NCBI GenBank assembly: GCA_951406725.2
Contig: OX597826.1
Location: 16,058,001 to 16,122,000, forward strand
Origin: Octopus vulgaris
Lineage: Eukaryota
Direction: 5' to 3'
DNA: 64,000 bases
This document shows, piece by piece, positions 28,404 through 40,198 of the stretch; within the stretch, counting starts at the first letter, position 1; the number at the start of each line of letters is the position of its first letter. A model generated the notes under the pieces. It did no database searches and had not been told where the DNA came from. It worked only from the letters and a program-made list of their open reading frames with translations. A program made the position numbers and the translations under genes.

Positions 28404-28626
28404 TTTCCTTACTACCCACAAGGGGCTAAACACAGAGAGGACAATCAAGGACAGACAAACGGATTAAGTCGATTATTTCCACCCCAGTGCGTAACTGGTA
28501 CTTATTTAATCGACCCCGGAAGGAAGAAAGGCAAAGTCGACCTCGGCGGAATTTGAACTCAGAACGTAACGGCAGACGAAATACCGCTAAGCATTTCACC
28601 CGGCGTACTAACGTTTCTGCCAGGTC
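28404..28626 (-). mobile_element. SINE family B with a LINE-like 3' tail
   Basis: Homologous to 2184-2357; the tail matches the Tx1-like 3' end. Confidence 0.8.
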
Positions 28627-29000
28627 ACCACAGTACCATGAAGGAAAACATCAATCGTCGCTAAGTATAAGTAAGGCTGCAGAAGCACCTACATTGCTAG
28701 ACATAGGAGTTATTAACATTTGGCTAAAGGAGACAAATTTTTATGTTAAAAATATTTGTACTGGCAGACGAAATTAGCCGAGCCTTCGACCGTTTGAGTA
28801 TTCACTACTGACGGTTCCTACGGAATAGGTGAAACGAGGCCTAGTCTGCGGTTTCTGGAGACGTGCATTGGGTGGTCAACTTCCCGGTCAGTGTATATAT
28901 ATTGCTCTTCTGTTTTAAGAGTTTCTTTTTAACTCTTACCTCAAGTAATGTATGCGCTTTAGCACCCTTAGTCACATTTGATGGCAATTTAATTTTTCCC

Positions 29001-29151
29001 TACACACACACACACACACAAACACACACATACAAATACACACACATACAAACACACACACACAAACACACACACACACACACACGCACACATATATATA
29101 TACTGAGATATATAGACAGACAGATAGACAGATGGATAAATAGATAGATAA

Positions 29152-29201
<50 letters not shown>

Positions 29202-29285
29202 TGATGGAGGGATAGATGGATGAATAGATAGATAGGGAGAGAGAGAGAGAGACATAGAAATACAGATAGATAGACAGATAGATAT

Positions 29286-29331
<46 letters not shown>

Positions 29332-29349
29332 GGAGGGATAGATGGATGA

Positions 29350-29405
<56 letters not shown>

Positions 29406-29423
29406 ATAGATATATAGGTAGAT
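29001..29423. repeat. (CA)n plus (GATA)n compound microsatellite
   Basis: Read directly from the sequence. Confidence 0.95.
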
Positions 29424-31730
29424 ATGTTTCTTTATTAGCCACACAGGGCTGCACACAGATAGAACAAATTACAAGGTAGAGCTTTTCTTTTGAAGGTTTA
29501 AAAAAAAAAAAAAAAAGGAAGGGGGAGTTTCGATCAAAAGGGATCGTAAAAGGAGAGAAAGAGGACAAAAAAAAGGAGGGTTAAAAAAAAGGGGGAGAGG
29601 GAAAAAAAAATTGATCAATAGGGATCGTTATCACAGAAATGTCAATATGAAGTGTAAAGGGGAGGACAGGTGAGGTTTACCCGTGGAAAGAAAAGCCTAC
29701 GGAAAAGACCACGGTAACCTCGGTCAATGGGGTCACATGTTATATTTCTTTTTTTTTTTTTTTTTGCAAATAAGCAACTCTCTGTTTTCAATTTTTGGGT
29801 TCATAGGATCATGCTCAAGGTGGCTTCGTCATTCATACGTGCCATTCTTGCTACATTCACCCATCTTTTTTTAAAACATTCGCTAGACAAAACTTGCCTC
29901 TCTACTCTCACTTTCCTTTTCAAGTGGTACTTGAAGAAGTTGATGAGAGATTGACCAGAGAGGAAAGTGTTTGTCTCCAATCCTTTCAGACGCGTCCACC
30001 AGATACATTCTTTCGCCATAGCCACAAGGATGATGAAAATAGCTCTTCCTTCCCGTTTGAAGGAGGGAGGCGTGACAATATTAACGATAGACTCAGCTGA
30101 TAAACCGACTCGTCCCACACGTGACAGCAGTTGTTCGACACAAGCCCACAGGTCGGAAATTGTTGGACACTGCACGAGTGCGTGCAGAACGGTTTCGTCG
30201 CTCTGACCGCATCTCGGGCAGGTCGGCCCCGTGTTTCTCGAGCCGTGTCTGTAGAGCTTATCCCGAACGGGTAGCGCTTCTCGGTAGCACTGCCAGGCCA
30301 GGGATCTCTGGAAGTTGTCCATGGGCCCTGGCCCGAAAGTCGTCCTGAACAGGCGGTTCAGGTACTCCTCGTCGACGTCCAGGTTCGCCCCGAGCTCCTC
30401 GTCGTACCTCCCCTCCACTAAACCCCTATAGAATGCTTTGGTTGTGTTGAAGTCACTCAAGGTCGACCCAGGACGGCAGAGTTGCTTGAGAGCAACGCGA
30501 CACTCGCGGTGCCACTCGCCCTTCTTCGGCCTCTTTTTGATCCACGACTGCAGTTCGGTCATGGAGACGAGCTGCGGGAAAGCGTGCCTCACAAACGGCG
30601 ACCACACCTGTTCACCGTCGTCTACGTAGAGCCAGAGATGTTGCAGTCTCAGCGCGTGTCTGCGCATCATCAACCACGGCATGCCCAGCCCTCATTTTAA
30701 CGGGTGTTGACAGCAAATGGATCGTCTGACCATCGGGACGCATCCTTTCCACAAGAAGCGAAAGAGAATGCGTTGTAGTTTGATGATGGTAGGCTCGGGA
30801 CAAGGTACGACGGGCAGGCGGTAGTAGATGACGGACGCGATGTACGTGTTCGCCACCTCCGCCCGACCTTTTAGGGACAGTTTCCTCTCGGCCCATTGCC
30901 GGGCGAGAGTGACCACCCTACTCGTTATCTCGTTCCAGTTCTTCTCCACTTGGAGGTCCGGACCAAACCAGACCCCGAGCAACTCAACCGGGCCGTCGGT
31001 CCAGCGTCCCACGACGGAGGCGCTGGTGGACGGTATGGGCTTGCTTCTCCAGGTGCCTAGTCGCAAGCCCACTGACTTTTCCCGGTTGATTTTCGCTCCT
31101 GTCACCGCTTCGTAGTTTTTCAGTGTCTCGCCGACCTGCTCGATGTGCTCGTGGCTAGACACTATGACGGTGACGTCGTCCGCGTATGCAGACACGCTCG
31201 TCCCGCATCCCAGTTCTCGCGGGATGCCTCTCAAGGTTGCCAGCTTCCGCAATAATGGCTCGAGAGTCAATACGTATAGAAGCGACGAGAGGGGGCATCC
31301 CTGACGGACCGAACGTGCGATGTCGAAGGGTCTCGATAGATGTCCATTCACGCGAATTACCGAACGGATACCTCCGCGGAAGACGGGACCGAAGCCACCC
31401 GCTCCGAGGACCGCCTCTAAGTATCGATGGTCCACCCTATCGAAAGCTTTCGATTGATCCAAATTGATCAGCGCCCCACCCATGCCAGGTTCGTTAACTA
31501 CCCTGTCTATGATGTAGCGCATCAGGTGGAGGTTGTCATGGATGGTCCGGCCTGGCACGGCGCATGTTTGCGCCCTGTCGACCAGTTTCTCGATGACAAG
31601 CGCCAACCTCTTGGCTAGCACCTTGGCCAAAATTTCCAAGTCTGCATTAAGCAGAGTGATGGGCCTAAAGTTATCTATTACATTTCCCTTGTTTAGATCT
31701 TTCTTCAGCAGTGTTACGGCTCCTCGGCTC
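29424..31730 (-). mobile_element. 5'-truncated L1/Tx1-clade LINE (ORF2 RT and CCHC)
   Basis: NFRPITLLNAD, LDQSKAFDRVDH, SVRQGCPLS, AYADD and CPRCGQSDETVLHALVQC. Frameshift at ~30690; 3' UTR with AATAAA; (GATA)n on both sides; GC-rich. Confidence 0.92.
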
Positions 31731-31748
31731 ATAGATAGATAGATAGAT

Positions 31749-31795
<47 letters not shown>

Positions 31796-31860
31796 GAGAT
31801 AGATAGATAGATAGATAGACAGATAGATGGATAGATAGATAGGTAGGTAGATAGATAGAT
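31731..31860. repeat. (GATA)n microsatellite
   Basis: Read directly from the sequence. Confidence 0.95.
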
Positions 31861-33217
31861 ATTATATCCAAACAGCCAGCCATATAGTTATGAAACATGT
31901 TCAACTAGATGATATTTAGATAGATAAAATATCCTTTTTCCTCTTACATTATTTTTTACCTAGCTCCTAATCATTATTTAAATTAACATATTTTCGTAAT
32001 TGGAAGCCATTTTAATGACATTTCTGTTTTATTCATTACGACTCCAGTATATTATGCTGACGCTTAAAGAAAGCACTATTGTCACACTGTTACAGCTATC
32101 TTGACATGTAATAGTGTTACGTTGGTATGCTTTGCATCGCTTCTGCATAGTGACTCCTTTGTTCCCTTGAGCATGGTGGCTATCAGCTATTCTATGACAA
32201 TAACATCAAGGGAGTAGATATATAATATTCCTGACATGATAGAAATTACTCATTGAAAACTGATGCGCCACAAATGGATATGCTGAATCAATAATAGCGC
32301 ATAGCTTTTATTGATACAGATCCAAACAAGGATATGGCCACTTGGAATGGAAACAATATAAGAGCCTTAGATCTATGTGTCTTAATGAAAGTAAAATATC
32401 ACTGTGAGGAAAATTAAACAATGCTGAGTTTACAGACTACTTTCATTTCTCAGATGAATACAGTTCTTTTCATAACGAAACCCACTACTATAGATTTATA
32501 CAATAGATACCAATGTTCCATGTGTTGTGTTTCACGAAAATATATCTGGCATTTTAACATCCCAAGTAAAACAATATGCAATATTAATAAGTTGCGTGCA
32601 CTGTATTGTAACATTATGACGTGCTATGCGTGAAACAAAAGATAGTACGTAAAAAGTAATATTGAAAGCATGCCCAGATGAATTAGTCTATCACTTTCGA
32701 CACACTCATCTCTAAATGTTATTTCAAATCCTTTCAAATTAATTCTTGAACTGGAAATTAAGAGTGTATGCAAGGTTTATGACTTTTCAAGTGTGCACTG
32801 TACGTCAATGCAAAGTTTATGATAGTTACAGCTTAAGTCCCAATCACTTCGTGATCTTATAAACAAATTGTAAATTGTGTACATATTTTGGTAGTGATAC
32901 TCCGTTTCTCAATGTTATTATGTATTTCTACAACACTGTACAAAGGCAATGTTATGCAAATTCTGGGCAAAGTTATGAAATACGAATGTGTGGAGTGATT
33001 TCACTGAGTACAGAAAACTTCATTCAGAAGAAATAAAATCAAAATTCCAATTTGTACTTTTACATTGTGAACTGATTGCATTCCAGTCCCAGTATATTAG
33101 AACAATAGTATTGCATTGTACAAACATTCATACACAACCACGCATTCACATACATCGCTATCTACCTACCGACATATATTCGTACATACATAAATATATA
33201 CATACATACATGCATAA

Positions 33218-33266
<49 letters not shown>

Positions 33267-33554
33267 TAAGAAAGAGAAGAAAATGGAGAAATTGACATTT
33301 AGACATCAAATTATTCAAAGATATTCAAATTAATATATGGATTTTTATCCCTAAAGCCGTCGATTCAATTATAGAAATAAAGTTAAATTAAACTACTTTG
33401 AAATTTTCATATCGAAACTCGTTAATTGGCTATTTCATCTGGGAGTAATTTATTCTAACGTGTTGATCGAGCCCTTCACGAACTCTGATGTCAGTGTTTT
33501 GGCAATATATGTATTTAAAAAACCATTATAAGTATGTATATATATATATATATA

Positions 33555-33949
33555 CTAACAGTATCGCCCGGCGTTGCTCGGGTTTGTAAGGGAAATAATT
33601 ATATAAGCATTTTTAGAGATGTAAAGTATAATAGCCATCTCAATATGGCTAACCACAAAGGGGGAGGGGTGTTACTGTAGCTTTTTACGTTCTGAGATTT
33701 AATAATAAATTTTAGAGAGTTACTTCCCTTATATATGTCAAAAATGGATTAAAAATGGGAAAAATTGATGGTAATTTTTTTTTTTAATCGTAGACTCATC
33801 GTAGACGCGCGCTAATACCCAGACGGTCTCGATATGAATCACGACTATAAGATACCCGGTTTTGGTTAAACTGCACCGCAAAATGTGGGAGTAGTTAGGA
33901 ATCTAAATCGTAGGAGGCAGACACACAACCTCACTTTTATATATAAAGA
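33555..33949 (-). mobile_element. Non-autonomous Helitron
   Basis: 5' TCTTTATATATAAAA, 3' hairpin CCCGAGCAACGCCGGG followed by TTAG (a CTAG variant), inserted between A and T. Confidence 0.75.
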
Positions 33950-34111
33950 TTTCCTCTATTTACATAATATTGAGGTCTCTTTCTTTCTTTTGTTATCTTA
34001 CTGTTTTTACCAATATACATATATATATATATATAAATATATATATAGTTACAGAGATGTACTTGCATAGCAAGTGACTTGATCTGAGATCGTGTGCTGG
34101 AACGAAAACAG

Positions 34112-34370
34112 TTGCAGCGTTGAAGGTGTTTATAAGCCATTTAAGAAACACACAAAAACCGTTAGATTCACTTCAACATTTAAATTAAATTTGTCAAAAT
34201 ATTTTCGTCGCTTTGAGACCGCGACCTGTTAGCACGATATTTTTGTCAGTGAACAGGTCGCGGTCTCAAAGCGACGAAAATATTTTGGCAAATTAAATTT
34301 AAATATTGAAGTGAATCTAACGGTTTTTGTGTGTTTCTTAAATGGCTTACAAACACCTTCCACGCTGCAA
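34112..34370. repeat. 119-bp-arm inverted repeat with a 21-nt spacer, inside TA microsatellites
   Basis: 34112-34230 pairs with 34252-34370 with few mismatches. Confidence 0.92.
34242..34292 (+). ncRNA. Minimal hammerhead ribozyme candidate with a G3-C8 swapped core
   Basis: TTTGTCA-GTGAACA-G-GTCGC-GGTCTCAAA-GCGAC-GAAA-ATAT-TT-TGGCAAA. Confidence 0.65.
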
Positions 34371-34385
34371 TATATATATACACAC

Positions 34386-34429
<44 letters not shown>

Positions 34430-34686
34430 GTGTATATGTGTATGCATGTATGTGTGTGTGTGTGCGTGTCTGTGCTTGTGATTGTCTTCCACCACTGCTT
34501 GACAACGAATGTTGGTTTGTTTACATCCCTGTCACCTAGTGGTTTGACAAAGGAAACAGATAGAATAAGTACAATGCTTACAAAAATAAAACTGGAGTTG
34601 ATTCATTAAACTACAATTCTTCAAGGCATTGCCCCAGCATGGCCACAGAGCAATGGCTGGAAAAAGCAGAAGAATAAAAGAATTGA

Positions 34687-34872
34687 GGGGGACCTCTACA
34701 TGGTAGCTAGACCTGGTAGAAATAGCAGCAAAATTTCCCCCAAATCACACCTTACTGTCTTATCTATGTATATATGTATGTATGAGCCTATGAGGGAGAC
34801 CCCTACATGGCAGCTAGACATGGTAGAAATAGCAGCCAAATCTCCCTCAAATCACACCTTACTGTCTTATCT
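34687..34872 (+). repeat. Two diverged ~80-bp direct repeats
   Basis: ..ACATGG.AGCTAGAC.TGGTAGAAATAGCAGC..CAAATCACACCTTACTGTCTTATCT occurs twice; a related reverse copy lies at ~39040-39100. Confidence 0.7.
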
Positions 34873-35745
34873 TTCTGCTACTTGGATATAGGTGTTATAT
34901 TCGTCTAAAAAACTTTCCTGTCACACACTCACGCACACGCACACACACACACACACACACACGCACCGTCACACGCACACACACGCGCACGTACACACAC
35001 ACACACGCACGTTAGCTTACAATTTTATTTATATATTTGCGTGTGTATGTGTGGAAAGAGGAAGTGGGAGGCAGAGTGAAAGAATCACTCACCACAGTAA
35101 GTGAATTAGTTTCATTTTATTCGTTGCCCACTGTGTGTGTGCGTTTGCGTGTGGTATAAACCAGACTAAGAAAAGCATTTGACACACACACCAGAATGTG
35201 AGTTTTCTGTAAATTTTGCTTAATTGGAGTTTAAATTTTAAAAACTGGACCTGGCATGACGCGATGCATTGTACTCTTAAAAATGCCAGGTAAATTGTAA
35301 TTGAAGAAATCCTATATTGTAGATTTGTATAACTCCCAAAGGGAGGCAGATAAAATCTGCCTTTTATAATAAGAGATATATATATATATTACCATTAAAT
35401 ATATTATAAATATTATAAATATGTATTCTTGAGAATGTATTAATTATATATTAAAGCTACTAGTATTTTCAACCGCTCGGTATTTCATGTTTAATACACT
35501 GACATCTATAACTATATAAATAATTAAGAATTCTTGGCAGGTATCATATAAATATTAAATATAATATTAAAATATTAATATTGTAATATTAATAGTTGAT
35601 GTTGTATACGAGGAAAAGGACTAATTTCTCATGTATTAACGCATGTTTATGGACGTTGAAAAATCGATCATCTGATATATTGTTATTATTATCATCATCA
35701 TCTTCATCATCATCATCATCACCCTCCTCCTCCTCATCATCATCA

Positions 35746-35816
<71 letters not shown>

Positions 35817-36348
35817 CGTTTGACTATTGTAACTCCTTTGTGGAAAATTCTTTTTGGTATAATACTCAATTAGCCAATTTCAATATGAATAATTTGAATT
35901 TATTTAATTTAATTTCACTAAGTGAATCAATTGGATATGGAAATATGGAAACGGCTGTAGGAAGAGGAATTGCATGTCACATGGATTTGAATATCTTGAA
36001 AAACCTGATGCCTATATGTCAATTTCTCCACTTTCTTTTTATTATTCATAAATATTTTAAATACCCATATCGATCAAGGCAAGACCCACGTATTTAGTTT
36101 TTTAACTGAACACTGGTATAAACTGGAGAACTAGAATGCAAACATCTCTTAAAGGATTATATGCACTTGGCATGATTATATATACACATACGTATGTATA
36201 CATATATATGTATATATATATATATATTGTTATATTTCGGAATGGTCATATTACCAGTTTAGCCAATAAAAAATCTTGCACAACAAATATTTAAACGTAT
36301 ATATATATATATATACATATATATGTATATTACATACATATACATATA

Positions 36349-36450
<102 letters not shown>

Positions 36451-37047
36451 TATGTATATATAGATTTGCATATATATATATATATATTCAGGAAACTTTG
36501 CTTATATGTTACACTAGCATCCACTTGAATAATAGGCTAATTGAATTTCCATGGAGATCTATAATGTGCTCCCCAAACGTGTTGGTAGAATTATATGATA
36601 AAATGAGATGGTTGCAAAAAGTGAGGGAAGGGTAGTAACAGAGAGAGGGTGGCTTATATTAGTGAAGGCAATGGGATATTAACGTTACTACATCTGTCGT
36701 ATACACGCGACGTTGCATAAATACTTTCGTAAATACATAGATATAACACACACACAAAAGCACACGCACACACAAAGGGGGTATGAGGAATATGTAAGTT
36801 TAAGGAGAGGGGAGGTAGGTGGTTTTCTGCTGTCAATCGCAAAGAGGCACTCACACACAGATACATCAACACACACATACAGACATACATCCATATATAT
36901 ACATACATACATGCATACATACATATGCCTAATATTCACCATTTTAAACTCCTGATTACCTCCGTGTATGTTTGTAAATGTGTGTGCGTGTGTATATGTG
37001 TGCGTGTGTGAGTGCATGCGGGTAGGTGTGTGTGTGTTTGTGTGTGT

Positions 37048-37097
<50 letters not shown>

Positions 37098-37659
37098 CGT
37101 CTTAGAACTCTCTGTCTCTAGTTTTGTAGGGCCTTCCCTGTTGCCGTCAGATATTGTGAGAATTTCAAATTGCTTCAAAATTTCCAAATTTGATACATTG
37201 AAATAATTTTCCATGTTAAATCCGATTGTGTTATTTATTTGTTCCAGAAAAGCTGCAGAAAATTTTACTGAGATTTAAATTGTAGTCAGTTTTATTTCAT
37301 CAGCAAACAAGATTTGGAAGGTGGCATTTACTGCATGATATGAAATGAAAGCAAAATCATTAGGTTCAGGAATTTCTATTAAACAAACGGAAGCAAAGCA
37401 TTATGACGACCAAAGTTGTAAAATCTTCTGAAGTTTTGATCAAAAATGTTATGCGGAACCGTCAAACAGACCAGTAAATTATTTTAAAAGGCCCAAAAAT
37501 CTTCAGCGCTGAAGTTTGACGAGAAATTGCGCAAATCTGTCCTGATTAAGAGGCCTATCTGACGGGGAATACATACGCTGACAAGAAATAAATAAACATG
37601 TATATAAGACATCGTATTGTAAAAAATTATCGTCAACGACGGGCTATTTGGCTAGTATG

Positions 37660-37696
<37 letters not shown>

Positions 37697-38051
37697 TTAT
37701 TTCGGTCAGAGTTCTTTCGTCACACTCCTGTGAACGCATCAGTGGTCCTTTGTTTTCTTCTTTCTTATTTGTGTCTCTCTTTACTAACCGTCAGCCATTT
37801 TGTATTTTTATTGTATTTCTTCATTTGCGCATGCTTATATCTCTATGTACGTCTATGTTTATTTAGTGTGTGTGTGTGGGGGGGTGCCTGCAATATTTGT
37901 ATCTTCTGTTTATATACATTCATGTAATTTTTTGTTGTTGTTGCTGTTTTTGTTTATTCGTATTTTGTTTATGTGTTTACATCCACTTATTATTATTATT
38001 ATTATTATTATTATGTATGCTTGTATGTATGTAAGTATAACAACACTACTA

Positions 38052-38131
<80 letters not shown>

Positions 38132-39374
38132 AATAACATTTAAAATCTGATATAGTTATTTATTTCTACAGATTAAAGATTTGCTAGGGTTGCCTGGCTT
38201 TTCAACAACCTTATCAAATCTTTAATCGGTAGAACCTAATAGAAATGAATAACTATATAAGGTTTTAGTTTTAGCTACAATATTCTAAGTAAGCATTTCT
38301 TCTTCTTTACTACAAGGAATAGCTTGTCCTATACTTTTACAGCTGTAATATTTTATCCTGTAATTTTCCAGGTTTATAATATTAAGAATATTACTTTTCA
38401 TGCTCGCATTTTTCCATGTAATCCATGATTTTTCCAGGCATTGCTGCTATAAGATAATTAATAGTGTGTCAATTAATAATTTAAGATTTTACCTTATAAA
38501 ATACTAAAAGATGATATTTCAATTTTTCCGTATAAGTGATGGTAATATTTTAATTTTTTCCGTGTTTAATTTAAATATATGTTCTGATTGCATTATTTGA
38601 TACAACCTATCCATACCAAATTAATGCCAGAGATTTTTACCATGTTGTTGGTTGCACCATGGTTCACCAAAAGTTACAAACGACAAGGCCCCAAAACCAT
38701 CAGTTACCAGGCTCAAACCATCCGTTCACAGGTATTTATTCAATGGAAAAATTTGAATGATTACGGGATTGGCTGGGAACCCCCATACAATTTTTTCCGA
38801 ACCAAAATAAGGGATTTGCAGCATATTAGGAGGACAGGGTACTTGACTCAACGCTAATAATCTTTTATTCTTCTTAGTGAAAATCGTGCGGGTGTTAATA
38901 TAGAAATTGACCATAATGTTTTTGTTATTTAGCCTCAAATAAAGCCTGATTCTGCAAACGTATCATGAAAGATATTCCAGCTTTCAGCAAACCGTCTTTT
39001 TAGGAATAATCTGGAACATTACGTACAATGGGCGTGTGTTTCAGATTAGGGAATATTTTGGCTGCTATTTTTAGCGTGTCGAGCGACCAGGTAGAGGCTC
39101 TTAGATTGGTTCGATTGCGTGATGAGATTTTGTTTTACACATATATGTAATATGTATATATATCATCGGCAGCATTTTGAGAGTAAGTCAAAAGATGAAA
39201 GTTTCGTGTATTGGCACTTCTCAAACAAGAATGTGTCCACTGCCACTCTGTAACATCTGACGAAATAACTTCTAACATACAAAATTTATAAAAATATATT
39301 ATTTTTTTTAAATATATAACTTATAACTAGATCTCAAAAGTATAAAATGAATGATAGATATATAATATAATAAA

Positions 39375-39536
39375 TGCGACGGGCCTCTTTCAGTTTCCCA
39401 CTTCCAAATCCACTCACAAGGCTTTGGTCGGCCGGAGGCTATAGCAGGAGATACATGCCCAGGGTTCCATGCAGTGGGACTGAACCAGGAACCATGTAGT
39501 GGGAAGCAAGCTCCTACCACACAGCCACGTCTGGCG

Positions 39537-39538
<2 letters not shown>
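39375..39538 (-). mobile_element. SINE family A, 5' half
   Basis: Reverse-complement homologue of 1762-1920. Confidence 0.8.
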
Positions 39539-39574
<36 letters not shown>

Positions 39575-39588
39575 AGCAATGTACTTAA

Positions 39589-39654
<66 letters not shown>

Positions 39655-39692
39655 AGCAATGTACTTAATTCTAAAATCTCCATAAGAGATGC

Positions 39693-40198
39693 AAGTAGTA
39701 ATTCTACTTCAACATGGCTGCTCCGTACGGAACAACGTTGCTATTCTTTTTTAACCCTAGAGGAACACCTTCTCCAGCTGTTTAACAAGACACCCTGTGT
39801 CCAATAGATTGCTAGCAGGGGATCGAATCCCTACCATCTATCGATTTGACAGGGCCAGTAGATCAATATGGTTTCAGATTATATGCCTTTCCTCAGTATT
39901 GGACACCTGCCTGCTACATATGGCAATCGATGCCCTAACTAGTAATATAGAGAAAAATAAGCGCTGATCTTGCAACAAAGAAAGCAGCCAGTTCTAAAAC
40001 GTCAATAAGGGACGCAAGTAATAACTATACTGATAAGTAGTGTTTGTTGCCTCATCAACGTGGCTGTTCCGTATGGAATGACGTTACTACTCTTATTTAA
40101 CTCCAGGAGAGTGTGCGATATATTGCGACGTGTGTAGTGAATCCTTACCATCTAGCGAGTTGACAGCCTGGTTTCAAGTTATTTGCCCTTCCTCAGTT
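39693..40198. repeat. Two diverged copies of a ~170-200-bp interspersed repeat
   Basis: TCAAC.TGGCTG.TCCGTA.GGAA...GAATCC.TACCATCTA...TTCCTCAGT at ~39693-39898 and ~40035-40198. Confidence 0.6.

Noticed and set aside
28972-29568. YLSI-repeat ORFs and similar HT/IY/VC ORFs throughout the window
   Set aside because: They are microsatellite translations.
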